From an uncultured Chlamydiae bacterium (GTDB lineage: Bacteria; Chlamydiota; Chlamydiia; Chlamydiales; SM23-39): DNA of 53,365 nt. The number at the start of each line of letters is the position of its first letter. Position 1 is the first letter of the stretch. The stretch is from NCBI GenBank assembly GCA_937899275.1, contig CALBPE010000114.1:1-53365 (forward strand). Direction: 5' to 3'. Below, one piece after another: positions 37,822 through 47,470 of the stretch. A program made the position numbers and the translations under genes. The notes under the pieces are model-generated. The model was not told the DNA's origin. It saw only the letters and a list, made by a program, of their open reading frames with translations, and ran no database searches.

Positions 37822-38547
37822 CTAGAGCTGAAATGAGGCGCCTAAGTAGTGCTTTTTTGCCTGGGCGTCTTGCACAATCTCTTCTGTTGATCCAGAAACT
37901 AGCGCTTTTCCGCTTTGTAGCAAATAACTCCTATCCACAATAGAAAATAGCTCCCTTGCATTGTGATCGGTGATCAAAATCCCGATACCCCGTTTTTTTA
38001 AATGGCGCATCAGCTCTTTTACCTCTTCGATCGATAGGGGATCGATGTTAGCGAAAGGTTCATCTAAAAGAAGAAGTGTAGGGCTGCGGATCAAACACCT
38101 AGTGATCTCTAATCGCCTTTTTTCTCCACCTGAAAGCGTTTTAGCTTTTTTATCTTTAAGGGCTGTTAATTTAAGCTCCTCCAGTAGCGCATATAACCTT
38201 TCAATCCGCTCTTTTTTTCTTAGGGGCAACAGCTCTAAAATACAAAGAAGGTTATCTTCTACACTTAAATCTAAAAGCACAGAAGGCTCTTGTGCAAGAT
38301 AGCCCAGTCCTAAAAGAGCCCGTTCATGAATTTTTTTTGATACTAAGTCTTGCCCTTGCAAAAAAACGGCGCCTGCATCTGGTTTGAGCATGCCCATAAT
38401 GATTTGAAATGCTGTGCTTTTCCCCGCTCCATTTGAGCCTAGAAGCCCTACGATCTCTCCTGGATGCACGTGAAAACAAAGCCCTTGTAGTATCGCTCTT
38501 TTGCCAAAGCGTTTGTGGATATTTTCCATCTGCAATAAAAAAGACAT
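37822..38547 (-). CDS. lptB: LPS export ABC transporter ATP-binding protein LptB (YhbG)
   Basis: 241 aa. Walker A GSNGAGKST. Signature LSGGEKRRLEI. Walker B LLLLDEPFANIDP. It lies next to the kdsA block. Confidence 0.88.
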   Translation of the reverse strand: MSFLLQMENIHKRFGKRAILQGLCFHVHPGEIVGLLGSNGAGKSTAFQIIMGMLKPDAGAVFLQGQDLVSKKIHERALLGLGYLAQEPSVLLDLSVEDNLLCILELLPLRKKERIERLYALLEELKLTALKDKKAKTLSGGEKRRLEITRCLIRSPTLLLLDEPFANIDPLSIEEVKELMRHLKKRGIGILITDHNARELFSIVDRSYLLQSGKALVSGSTEEIVQDAQAKKHYLGASFQL

Positions 38548-38661
38548 AGCTTTAGCATAACAAGATCGGTTCCAAAAAGCGACTTTTTGCCGAAAAAGGA
38601 CTTTGCTATACTGGTTGTTTTTTTAAGAAAAATAGAGCATTTAGCATGAGGAGCTGGGCGT

Positions 38662-39855
38662 ATGCAATTTACTCCACTACAAGAAATCTGTGTATATTAT
38701 CAGCCGAAAAAAGAAAGACAATTAGTAGGGCGTTTAATCATGCAAGACCAGCAGGTATTTTTTACTTATGAGAAAAACTTCTCTTTGAAAGGCTTGGAGC
38801 TGTCTCCGTTCAAATTGCCTATTACTGAAGGGAAAATCCCTGCAAGCTGTAGTCACTTCGATGGCCTTTTTGGCGTATTCAATGATAGCTTATCCGATGG
38901 TTGGGGCTGCCTTTTATTAGACTGCTATCTTACGAAAAATCAGATCAATTTTAGCGATTTATCTCCATTAGATAGGCTCTATTTTGTAGGGTCACATGGT
39001 ATGGGAGCTTTATTGTACGAGCCTGAAGTACAGCATAGCTCCACTACAAATACTCATTCCTTAGACGAAATAGCAGCAGAAATAGAAACTTTTCAGAAAA
39101 ATCAGGATTCTACATACGTAGAAGACTTGTTAGATTTAGGCGGCTGTTCCCTTGGAGCAAGGCCTAAAGCGCTTTTATCAGTAGATCAAGTCGATTGGTT
39201 GATTAAGTTCCCTGCTAGTAGCGATCTAAAAGATCTATCCGCTATTGAATACGCTTATCATCAAATGGCAAAATGCGCAGGTCTTGATGTTCCAGAAGCG
39301 AAGTTATTTCCTTCTCGTAAAGGATGGGGGTTTTTTGGCACAAAGCGGTTTGATCGAATCGATGGTGGAAGGGTGCATATGCATACGATCAGCGGTCTTT
39401 TGCATGCAGATCATCGGTTGCCTAGTCTAGATTATGAGATGATCTTGAAGGCAACGATGCATATCACAAAAAATATACAAGAATGTAAAAAACAGCTTAG
39501 AGCCTGCGCATTTAATGTGTTTAGTCATAACCGGGATGATCTTGCGAAAAACTTTGCGTTTTTGATGGTCTCATCTGGTGTATGGCGCGTTTCACCTGCT
39601 TATGATTTGACGTTTTCCTATGGCCCATGTGGAGAGCATTGCACTATGGTGATGCGAGAAGGGAAAAATCCAGGTAAAAGTCATCTACTACAGCTTGCAG
39701 ATAAGATCGGTATAGCAAGGTCTGATGCGGTAGAGATCATCGATGAGGTACAGTCTGCAGTAGATGCGTGGCCTCAGTTTGCAAAAAATGCAGGTGTGAG
39801 CAAAAAAAGTGCGCTGCAGGTGCAAAAAGCGCTACAATCTATCTTACTATATTGA
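38662..39855 (+). CDS. HipA-family serine/threonine kinase, orphan (no hipB partner)
   Basis: 397 aa. HipA N-terminal motifs FNDSLSDGWG and GGCSLGARPKALL. Kinase core NRDDLAKNFAFLM (the HipA D-x-H-x-KN loop with His changed to Leu). WRVSPAYDLTFS. Confidence 0.8.
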   Translation: MQFTPLQEICVYYQPKKERQLVGRLIMQDQQVFFTYEKNFSLKGLELSPFKLPITEGKIPASCSHFDGLFGVFNDSLSDGWGCLLLDCYLTKNQINFSDLSPLDRLYFVGSHGMGALLYEPEVQHSSTTNTHSLDEIAAEIETFQKNQDSTYVEDLLDLGGCSLGARPKALLSVDQVDWLIKFPASSDLKDLSAIEYAYHQMAKCAGLDVPEAKLFPSRKGWGFFGTKRFDRIDGGRVHMHTISGLLHADHRLPSLDYEMILKATMHITKNIQECKKQLRACAFNVFSHNRDDLAKNFAFLMVSSGVWRVSPAYDLTFSYGPCGEHCTMVMREGKNPGKSHLLQLADKIGIARSDAVEIIDEVQSAVDAWPQFAKNAGVSKKSALQVQKALQSILLY

Positions 39856-39858
39856 AAG

Positions 39859-40395
39859 TTACAAAGGCTTACAAACAATCTGCAGGTGATCTGTCCTACA
39901 AAATCCCTCTTTGAAGGAAAAATAAAGGGAAGGAGTATGCATATTTCTGCTGTACCATATCCCGTTTTTTTTTCGCTTTTCTTCGCCGTATATATCTACT
40001 TGGGAAAAAAGAATGGAGCCTTCTTTTGGGCGGTAGATTGCATAGGGAGAATATAAAAGCTGCGGCTTTTTTAATCCGCTTGTAACCGTTTCTACAAAAG
40101 AAGCCTCTACTTGGTATAACGCTTCTTCTATCTGGTTTTTTGTAGCTTGTATCTTAGATGTTTTTGCGGTAAGAAAAAGTGTTTTTTTTCTCGCACTTTC
40201 TTCTACTTGCTGTTTCCAAAGGGTTTTTTGTACTCCTTCGGCGGAAATTAAAGCTTGTTGCTTTGGTTTTAAAGAAGGGTTTTGTTTTTGTGGAAGAGAT
40301 ACAATATACAGAGTAAGTAGTCCCAAAAACCCGGTGCAGGTCCAGCAGAAAAAACGGGTTTTTCTATATCCGTGCATAACCGCTACAAAGGGCAT
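39859..40395 (-). CDS. Membrane-anchored hypothetical protein in the LptC/CT654 position
   Basis: 178 aa. N-terminal TM FFCWTCTGFLGLLTLYIVSL. It overlaps the 3' end of kdsA. The LptC assignment rests on position only. Confidence 0.4.
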   Translation of the reverse strand: MPFVAVMHGYRKTRFFCWTCTGFLGLLTLYIVSLPQKQNPSLKPKQQALISAEGVQKTLWKQQVEESARKKTLFLTAKTSKIQATKNQIEEALYQVEASFVETVTSGLKKPQLLYSPYAIYRPKEGSILFSQVDIYGEEKRKKNGIWYSRNMHTPSLYFSFKEGFCRTDHLQIVCKPL

Positions 40396-41182
40396 GTAAG
40401 GGAATGATTGTTTGTAAAAGATCTTCTAAATCTTCATGGGAAAGTACAGTTGATGCATCGCTTAACGCATTTTTAGGATCGGGGTGTGACTCGATAAATA
40501 CCGCCTGAATACCTAAAGATACAGCCGCTTTTGTAAGGCCTGGAATAAACTGCCTTTGCCCACCTGAACTTTGCCCCAAAGCGCCGGGAAGCTGCACAGA
40601 ATGCGAGGCGTCAAAACAAACAGGTACACCTAGCTCTTTCATCACCATAATCGAGCGCATATCGCTGACTAGATTATTGTATCCAAAGGCTGTTCCTCTT
40701 TCTGTAAGTACAATACGGGTATTTCCCGTTTGTCTAACCTTTTCAACGATATGCTTCATATCCCAGGGAGAAAGAAACTGCCCTTTTTTTACGTTTACCC
40801 ATTTTTTTGTCTTACCAGCTGCCACTAAAAGATCGGTTTGTCTGCATAAAAAAGCAGGAATTTGAATGATGTCAACCACATCTTTTACCACATCTGCTTC
40901 TTTTGGTAGGTGGATATCTGTAGTTACAGGAATAGAAAATGTCTTTTGTACTTTTTCTAAAATCTTTAAGCCTTCTTCTAGGCCAGGCCCTCTAAAAGAA
41001 TGGTAAGAAGAGCGGTTTGCCTTGTCATAACTGGCTTTAAAAACCAGTTTCAGCGGCTTTTTGGCAAAAAGTTGCACCAGTTTTTCTGCGCAATATAACG
41101 TGTGGTCTTCACTTTCGATCACGCAAGGACCTGTAATAATGCAAAGGGGATCGTTTTCTTTGAACATATTTACCTTGAACAT
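40364..41182 (-). CDS. kdsA: 3-deoxy-8-phosphooctulonate (KDO8P) synthase
   Basis: 272 aa. IITGPCVIESEDHTL, FKASYDKANRSS, DASHSVQLPG and IESHPDP motifs. Confidence 0.93.
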   Translation of the reverse strand: MFKVNMFKENDPLCIITGPCVIESEDHTLYCAEKLVQLFAKKPLKLVFKASYDKANRSSYHSFRGPGLEEGLKILEKVQKTFSIPVTTDIHLPKEADVVKDVVDIIQIPAFLCRQTDLLVAAGKTKKWVNVKKGQFLSPWDMKHIVEKVRQTGNTRIVLTERGTAFGYNNLVSDMRSIMVMKELGVPVCFDASHSVQLPGALGQSSGGQRQFIPGLTKAAVSLGIQAVFIESHPDPKNALSDASTVLSHEDLEDLLQTIIPLHALCSGYARI

Positions 41183-41236
41183 TTTCGAATTTCATCTTAA
41201 TCTAAAAGTGATTAAATGAAATCATCTAAATGCTAC

Positions 41237-41309
41237 GGATTGATAGCTCAATGGATAGAGCACCCGCCTTCTAAGCGGGCGGTTGCAGGTTCGAGTCCTG
41301 CTCAATCCA
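41237..41309 (+). tRNA. tRNA-Arg (anticodon TCT)
   Basis: GGATTGATAGCTCAATGGATAGAGCACCCGCCTTCTAAGCGGGCGGTTGCAGGTTCGAGTCCTGCTCAATCCA folds as a cloverleaf. The anticodon loop is CTTCTAA and the T-loop is TTCGAGT. Confidence 0.92.
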
Positions 41310-41319
41310 ATTTTTTATT

Positions 41320-43899
41320 ATGGCGCAACATACTTTAGGCTCTTTACAGTTTCCTCCTCGATCTTTTCAAAAAATTGATGAGGTTTTTCAAGAGTTTTAT
41401 ACAGAAGAGTTCCAAAAGCTGGCCGATCGCAAAAGAAGCGATCTGGTCAATAAAGCGCTTTTGCAGTTGATTCAACAAGCGCCTATGCCCGCTTTTTTAC
41501 TCAGTGAAGCCTTAGGATTTATTGAGAGAGTCGACCGAGAAAATCTATTACAGCACTACATCTTCACGAGTTTTGAGCTTTGGCTCAATCAATACTCAGG
41601 TTTGTCAGAGGAAGAAAACTACCTTGTTAGAGCAAAGATCATGGGTAAATATGTGCCAAGGGAAGACTACCAAGTGTTTTTCCCTATTGGTATGGGCAAA
41701 GTTTTTCCAGGAACGCATTTTGTTACAGCGCATAAATCGCCTGATTTAGACACCACAATTGCCTCTTTTTGGGGATGGGTAGATGCTTTTGCCGCAAGGG
41801 TAGGCTCAGGCTCCCATATTTGGAATGTACCTGGCGGTCCCCCCTCACAAATTGAGATGGACTTACTCTTTCGTCAGGTATTTGGCGCTGCCGTCTTTAC
41901 CCACCTTCCCAAAACTAGAACGATTTTATCTTTGAGCGGCAATGATCTCATGACGCAAAAGCCAATGCTGCGAAAAACCGCCATCGATACGCTACAAACG
42001 CTAAAGATGGAAAGGGGAGAAAAAGCTGTGGTCATCGTCGATAAAGACGGGTATTACCTAGGGGATTTTCGTTCTATCGATGTGGCAAGCGTACGGCAAG
42101 TATTGAACCTTCTCAATCAATGCCTTCGCTGGTTTGAAAACACCCTCCATATGAAACTAATCGGTCTTTTTGCTAAAAAAGATGTCCATATAAAAGATAT
42201 CCATGCGTTTATTCAGGAAATGTTTGGCTTAGTTATTGCAGACTGTGAGCAGACAAAAGAATTTAGCTCAGAGGAGAAAGAGCATTTTTCTCTTTTACTG
42301 CAGCGGGCTTTTCATATTGAAAAGGGGATTTTTTGTACGTTTCAAGATATAGGGATGGCCCTTGCAAAAACTGCTATGACAGACTTTCAAAAGGTGAGAG
42401 ATGCGGTTTTTTCTTTACAAACAGAAGGTCTTTTTTCCTCTTCTGGCAAGCTGTTAGAAGATCGCCCAAAGATTTTTGCTACAGTAGAGAAAATCATTGG
42501 CTCTCTTCATTCTGGTATTCAGAAGATTCGGGCGCATACCGATCATCTAGGGCTGGTGAACTTAGTCAAAAAAGAGGTATTAGGCCTTGCACCTAATTTT
42601 GTAAGTGTGCGAGCCGATGTCGAAGAAATCCTAAGCAAAATGGGCTCATACCAGTTTTTAACGGTAGTTTATCCAGATCAAGACCGGTTTTTTCCCGTAG
42701 GTGTGATCGCTGCTAGTGATCTTCGACAAAATGTACTCGGTACGGTAAGTCTTCGGGATTTTTCCAGCCGCTCAGAAATGACCATCCCTTCTTATCTAGA
42801 TGTCATTTCTATAATCGATCATCATAAATCAGAGCTGATCACAACCCGGCCTATAAAAGCGATCATCACCGATGATCAATCGACAAATACTGCAGTTGCA
42901 GAACAGGCGTTTATTTTAAATGACCGGCATACAACCTCTGGTTTAGATGAACACACGGTGAAAACGCAGCTACAAAGCGTGCAAGAGCCTGCTATTTCTA
43001 AAAGGTTATGGAACTACCAAGCGGTTTTTTCTAACCAAAGCTCGTTTTATATCCACCCAGAAAGAGAGATGCTGGAGTATCTCCATTTTCTCTATGGTAT
43101 ACTTGATGATACCGATCTTCTTTCCAAAGTCTCCGCAAAAGATGTGGAGATCATGGCCTCTCTTTTAAATCGGTTAAAAACGCTTTCATCTAAAAAAGAG
43201 ATGCAAATTATTGACCTGAGTGATCTTCCTCGAAACGAAACGTTTCCTCAGCAAGCAGCAAAAAAGATTTTGCGAAATGAGGATATGTATTCTCTGTATA
43301 AAAAGGTATACCTCTATCGAGAAAAAGAAATAGAAAAGCAGCTTGTTTTAGCGGCAAATGATGAGCCTTCTACTCTTTTTGCCGATACAAAAGAGATCAA
43401 CCGCCTTGCCCGCGTTGGACAAACGAAGATCTTTGCGAAAAATGTAGCTTCATTGGAAAAATACAAACATAAACTACAAACCATTTGGTATGAGGCTTCT
43501 GGAGAATTTTTCCTCGACCACCCAGATACCGATCTTTATCTACATATGATCAGTACTATTGTAAGCGCAGATGAGGTGTATACAGGCTCTTCTATTAACT
43601 ATATACACCAAGATGAGCTTTGGGTATGGGCCGCTCCCACAGAAATTGGTGTGGAGCATTTAAAGCGCTTTTTAAGCGCTTTTCAAAGGGCTCCAGAACT
43701 CATGGGTAAAAAGATGCAGGTCTCTTTTCTAGGAAACAATGCAGATGCATTACATACAGTATTTCAGGAAAGTTTTGCTCAAGTAGATAAACAGGCTGTA
43801 GATAGCGACATACCTATCGCAGTGATTCATTATGAGGCAGGACTGGTAAATTCTAGAAAATCGATGATCTCGCCTTATTTACCTGTCCTGTCAAAATAG
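41320..43899 (+). CDS. Large DHH/DHHA2 family II pyrophosphatase-like phosphoesterase
   Basis: 859 aa. Motif I AHKSPDLDTTIASF. DHH motif IIDHHKSE. GILDDTDLLSKVSAKD and ADTKEI...VGQTKIF resemble the PpaC/DHHA2 signatures. There are long insertions between the motifs. Confidence 0.5.
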   Translation: MAQHTLGSLQFPPRSFQKIDEVFQEFYTEEFQKLADRKRSDLVNKALLQLIQQAPMPAFLLSEALGFIERVDRENLLQHYIFTSFELWLNQYSGLSEEENYLVRAKIMGKYVPREDYQVFFPIGMGKVFPGTHFVTAHKSPDLDTTIASFWGWVDAFAARVGSGSHIWNVPGGPPSQIEMDLLFRQVFGAAVFTHLPKTRTILSLSGNDLMTQKPMLRKTAIDTLQTLKMERGEKAVVIVDKDGYYLGDFRSIDVASVRQVLNLLNQCLRWFENTLHMKLIGLFAKKDVHIKDIHAFIQEMFGLVIADCEQTKEFSSEEKEHFSLLLQRAFHIEKGIFCTFQDIGMALAKTAMTDFQKVRDAVFSLQTEGLFSSSGKLLEDRPKIFATVEKIIGSLHSGIQKIRAHTDHLGLVNLVKKEVLGLAPNFVSVRADVEEILSKMGSYQFLTVVYPDQDRFFPVGVIAASDLRQNVLGTVSLRDFSSRSEMTIPSYLDVISIIDHHKSELITTRPIKAIITDDQSTNTAVAEQAFILNDRHTTSGLDEHTVKTQLQSVQEPAISKRLWNYQAVFSNQSSFYIHPEREMLEYLHFLYGILDDTDLLSKVSAKDVEIMASLLNRLKTLSSKKEMQIIDLSDLPRNETFPQQAAKKILRNEDMYSLYKKVYLYREKEIEKQLVLAANDEPSTLFADTKEINRLARVGQTKIFAKNVASLEKYKHKLQTIWYEASGEFFLDHPDTDLYLHMISTIVSADEVYTGSSINYIHQDELWVWAAPTEIGVEHLKRFLSAFQRAPELMGKKMQVSFLGNNADALHTVFQESFAQVDKQAVDSDIPIAVIHYEAGLVNSRKSMISPYLPVLSK

Positions 43900-43914
43900 T
43901 TTTTAGCGCGCCCT

Positions 43915-44145
43915 TTATTCAAGAATTTCCAAATTAATTCGGATGCTATTTCTGCTAGCTACTGACATCAATAAAGTACGAATCGCATTGATCGTTTTCC
44001 CTTTTTTGCCAATAATTTTCCCAATATCGGATTTTGCTACTGACAGCTCTAATATTCTGGTATTTGTACCACCTACTTCATTAATACAAACATGCTCTGG
44101 ATGGTCTACAAGATTTTTGACGATATATTCTACAAATTCCTTCAT
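43915..44145 (-). CDS. KH-domain RNA-binding protein (UPF0109/YlqC-like)
   Basis: MKEFVEYIVKNLVDHPEHVCINEV...SDIGKIIGKKGKTINAIRTL carries a GxxG KH loop. The ORF opens at 44172, and the Met at 44145 matches the family N-terminus. Confidence 0.85.
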   Translation of the reverse strand: MKEFVEYIVKNLVDHPEHVCINEVGGTNTRILELSVAKSDIGKIIGKKGKTINAIRTLLMSVASRNSIRINLEILE

Positions 44146-44206
44146 GCGCTGGCCCTTCGATTGGTGATTCAAATAAAAAAATAACTTTATAACATAAGCT
44201 TTCTTT

Positions 44207-45172
44207 TTATGAGAAGCTATCTACTAGATTTTTACTATTTTGACAAAATTCCTTCTGGATCATCTGTTTCATTTCTTCTGGTATAGGCGCTACGATAACT
44301 AAAGGGGAGTGGGTAACGGGATGTAAAAAAGAAAGGCGGTACGCATGTAGATAATGGCGCTTTGCTTTGGTATCTGGACCGTACACTGGATCTCCTACAA
44401 TAGGACATTGAACAGACTGTAAATGCACCCGGATTTGATGGGTTCTACCCGTTTCAGGTTGCACAAGCACAAGGCTTTTTTTTTCATTATATGCGAGAAG
44501 ATGTAGAGTGGAAAGCGCTGATTTGCCCTTGTCGGATACGCACATTTCTTTTCTTTTTGTGGGATGCCTTCCGATGGGTTTTTCAATCGTTTGATTTTCA
44601 GGTTTTCCATAGCAAATGGCTAGGTATTCTTTTTTCATCTGCCTTTGGGAAAACGCCTGGATTAACTTCCGGTGAGCGTCTTCTGTTTTTGCCGCAATTA
44701 AAACGCCAGAAGTGTTTTTATCCAGCCTATGGACAATACCAGGCCGTAAATCACCTTCTACAGGAGCGATGTTTTTGCAGTGGTACAAAAGAGCGTTAAC
44801 AAACGTGTTTTCATAATGTCCAGGTGCGGGATGCACTACCATGCCAGGAGGTTTATTAATAGCAATGATGTACTCATCTTCAAATAGAATATTTAAGGGG
44901 ATGTTTTGCGGCGCTAAGGAGATTTCTGGTGTCAGGCGGAAAAACACCTCCACTTCATCGCCTTCTTAGAGAAGAATCCGTTTTTTCACTGCAGATCCAT
45001 TGATCAAAACGCATTCTTGTTCAATAAGATACTGAAAGTAGGTGCGCGATTTTTCTACAAAACGCTCCTTAAGAAGTCGATCAATTCTTTGACCTGCTTC
45101 TTCCTCTCTCACAATAAAAGATTGGGTTTCTAAATGCTCTTCTTGTTCCATACAATAGAAAAATTTTAACAA
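44207..45172 (-). pseudogene. rluD: RluA-family 23S rRNA pseudouridine synthase (RluD/SfhB-like) interrupted by an in-frame TAA at 44966-44968
   Basis: The S4-domain part QRIDRLLKERFVEKSRTYFQYLIEQECVLINGSAVKKRILL is followed by TAA. The same frame then continues with EGDEVEVFF...IINKPPGMVVHPA...HRLDKNTSGVLIAAKT. 44953 and 45172 are both 1 mod 3. Confidence 0.85.
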
Positions 45173-45252
45173 AAATAGCGATAGAAAGCCAAAGCTTTCT
45201 AGTCTAGGTCGGTCAAAAAGAGCGCAGGCAAAAAGTAGGCTGCAAAAAGAAG

Positions 45253-45456
45253 TTAGAGGGGTTTTCCCTCGATGGAGCGCTTCATCTGTTCAGCTGCTTT
45301 TTTTTGCTCTTCTTGCATATGAGAAATAGACTGGTGAAGCCCATGTAAAAGTATAGATGTCAATACTTTAGATGTTTTAGGCGTACTTGTCTCTAAGATC
45401 GCAGGAGCCTCATATGGTTTCTTTGCTGTTTTTGTGTCTGATACATATATAGTCAT
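45253..45456 (-). CDS. Small hypothetical protein (67 aa), paralog of 45560-45862
   Basis: SD gaggt. The C-terminus HQSISHMQEEQKKAAEQMKRSIEGKPL matches the neighbour's EQSISEEIKKQQKRMKKAQEQLKRSIEGKPL. Confidence 0.5.
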   Translation of the reverse strand: MTIYVSDTKTAKKPYEAPAILETSTPKTSKVLTSILLHGLHQSISHMQEEQKKAAEQMKRSIEGKPL

Positions 45457-45559
45457 AATTTACCTCTACATACATTATAGCACAAAAAAGGAGAAAATTC
45501 AAGAAAATACTACTTATTTAAAAGGCTGCCTTGCTCTTATCCCGCTAATAATTAACTGT

Positions 45560-45862
45560 TTAAAGGGGTTTTCCCTCAATGGAGCGCTTCAGCTGTTCTT
45601 GGGCTTTTTTCATGCGCTTTTGTTGTTTTTTGATCTCCTCTGAGATACTTTGTTCCAATTGCTTGATGAAGCGCTTCCACTGCTTGTCGGTAAATTGCAT
45701 CGGGCCAAATTGATGCATGCGGCCGCTTGTGTCTACTTTTGTTTCATGTGGAGCGGAAGGGGGGTACTTTTCTTTATAAGTGGGCTTTTTTTTAGGAGGC
45801 TTATGCGCTGGCGAAGAGGGCTTATCTGTTGGAGATGTGGGCTCAGGGGAGTTTTCAGACAT
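45560..45862 (-). CDS. Small hypothetical protein (100 aa), paralog of 45253-45456
   Basis: The start at MSENSPEP has SD aaagg. Pro/Ser-rich N-terminus. The conserved C-terminal helix ends KRSIEGKPL. Confidence 0.5.
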   Translation of the reverse strand: MSENSPEPTSPTDKPSSPAHKPPKKKPTYKEKYPPSAPHETKVDTSGRMHQFGPMQFTDKQWKRFIKQLEQSISEEIKKQQKRMKKAQEQLKRSIEGKPL

Positions 45863-45928
45863 ACAATTACCTTTATTTAAAATTAGCAAAAATGCTTTTC
45901 TAGATCAAACAATACCAGAAAAATCTAC

Positions 45929-46489
45929 ATGATCCAAATAAAAGAAGAGAGCATCTATATCAAGATTTTTTGGGAAGATGATGTAGTGGCATCTTTTCCA
46001 AAGGCTTTATGGTCAAATAGGTTTCCCAAATGTACAGCGGATACAAAACAAGCCCTGGTAGAAAAAATAGAGGATCTTCTAGCAAAAAAAGCGTACAGCT
46101 ACGCACTAAAATATCTACAGAGGCAGCTTACGTATTCTGCTTATTTGCACAAAATTTTAATCCGTAAAGGATTTTCTTCTTCTCTTGCTCAAAAAACCAT
46201 AGAGAAATTACAAAAACAGTCGTATTTATCTGATGATAGCTACATAGAAGCGGTGATTTATCGGGGTATCGCCCAAAAGCAAAGCCCGCTATATCTACTT
46301 AGAAAGCTGCTGGAAAAACAAGTACCTCAACAAGCAGCAAAAGCTGCAATAGAAAGGATTTATACACCAGAAGAAGAGGAAAGAGTCATCGAAAAGTTAA
46401 GGCGCCGCTACGCTTCTAGAAATAATCAGTTATTTTCCGCTTACCTATATAGAAAAGGATTTTCCACACAAAACAGGCGATTTGATTAG
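45929..46489 (+). CDS. recX: RecX-like regulatory protein
   Basis: 186 aa. Three-helix repeat pattern AYSYALKYLQRQLTYSAYLHKILIRKGFSSSLAQKTIEKLQKQSYLSDDSYIEAVI...SPLYLLRKLLEKQV...AYLYRKGFS, typical of RecX. Confidence 0.65.
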   Translation: MIQIKEESIYIKIFWEDDVVASFPKALWSNRFPKCTADTKQALVEKIEDLLAKKAYSYALKYLQRQLTYSAYLHKILIRKGFSSSLAQKTIEKLQKQSYLSDDSYIEAVIYRGIAQKQSPLYLLRKLLEKQVPQQAAKAAIERIYTPEEEERVIEKLRRRYASRNNQLFSAYLYRKGFSTQNRRFD

Positions 46490-46642
46490 ACATTTTTTGT
46501 GAAAAAAGATAAAAATCTTTCCAAAAAAATTATGCACTGTTTGTGGTTTTTTCATGCTGTGCAATTTTCACCCGTAATTTAGCCCATATTTTTTCGTGCA
46601 AAAACTTAGCTTTTTGTGCGCTACAAATTGCAAAGGAAAAAA

Positions 46643-47446
46643 ATGGTAAATCCACTAGCTCCACCTCCTAGATTAGTATTACCTTCATATACAGCGTCTA
46701 ATGCGGAAAGGAAAGAGGGTCCAAGCTTTATCAACGGTCTAAGTGTTGTTTCATTGAATAAAGAACATTTACTAGATGTACAGAACAAGTATAGCCCCCA
46801 TCTGTTTTCTTTTATTCCGACCGATAGGCCTTCTCTTCCGCCGGCCCATAAGCTACTAGCGCTTGGCTGTCTCATGCTTTCTAAGCATCGCCAAATCGTG
46901 CGCTCCCTAGTCCCTGATAAAAGGAATTACAAGGATATTTTTGTTGCAATCAATGAGTTGAATACTAAACACGGTGCGTTGGAGGCTCTAGATCGGGCTA
47001 GTACTGGAATGTTTAATAGTATTCAGCTCGAGATGAAGAAAATTTCAGGATATATCCAAGAGGGAAATATCCTGGAATTGAACCGTAGACATCCAGAGGC
47101 TGTATATGCAGCCTATATTACATATCTATCTAAGTGTGATCTGGCCCATAAGCAGCTAGCGCTTTCCTGTCTTCTGCTTTCTGCTCACCACCAATTGGAA
47201 GGTCGGCTAGTTGAAAGCAACATCATCAGCGCGAATGATACCAAAGGTGTTTTTGGTGCAATCCTTAATCCGGATACTCTAGGTAAGCCTACTACTACTA
47301 GGACTAGTACTGAAAGGTTTACTGGTATTCAGTTTGAGATGAAGAAAATTTCAGGATACATCAAAAAGGGAAATATCCCGGAATTGAACCATCGACATCC
47401 AGAGGCTGTATATCATGCCTGCACCGTCTGCCTTTCTCAACTTTAG
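46643..47446 (+). CDS. Repeat-family protein, segment 1 of 3 (ends at an in-frame TAG)
   Basis: Two copies of a ~95-aa unit (AHK.LAL.CL.LS.H.Q...L...N......F....(S/T)G(M/R)F..IQ.EMKKISGYI..GNI.ELN.RHPEAVY.A). SD aagga lies before the ATG at 46643. Same reading frame as the next two ORFs. Confidence 0.6.
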   Translation: MVNPLAPPPRLVLPSYTASNAERKEGPSFINGLSVVSLNKEHLLDVQNKYSPHLFSFIPTDRPSLPPAHKLLALGCLMLSKHRQIVRSLVPDKRNYKDIFVAINELNTKHGALEALDRASTGMFNSIQLEMKKISGYIQEGNILELNRRHPEAVYAAYITYLSKCDLAHKQLALSCLLLSAHHQLEGRLVESNIISANDTKGVFGAILNPDTLGKPTTTRTSTERFTGIQFEMKKISGYIKKGNIPELNHRHPEAVYHACTVCLSQL

Positions 47447-47470
47447 AAGGAGCTTGAAGCCCGGTATGGT

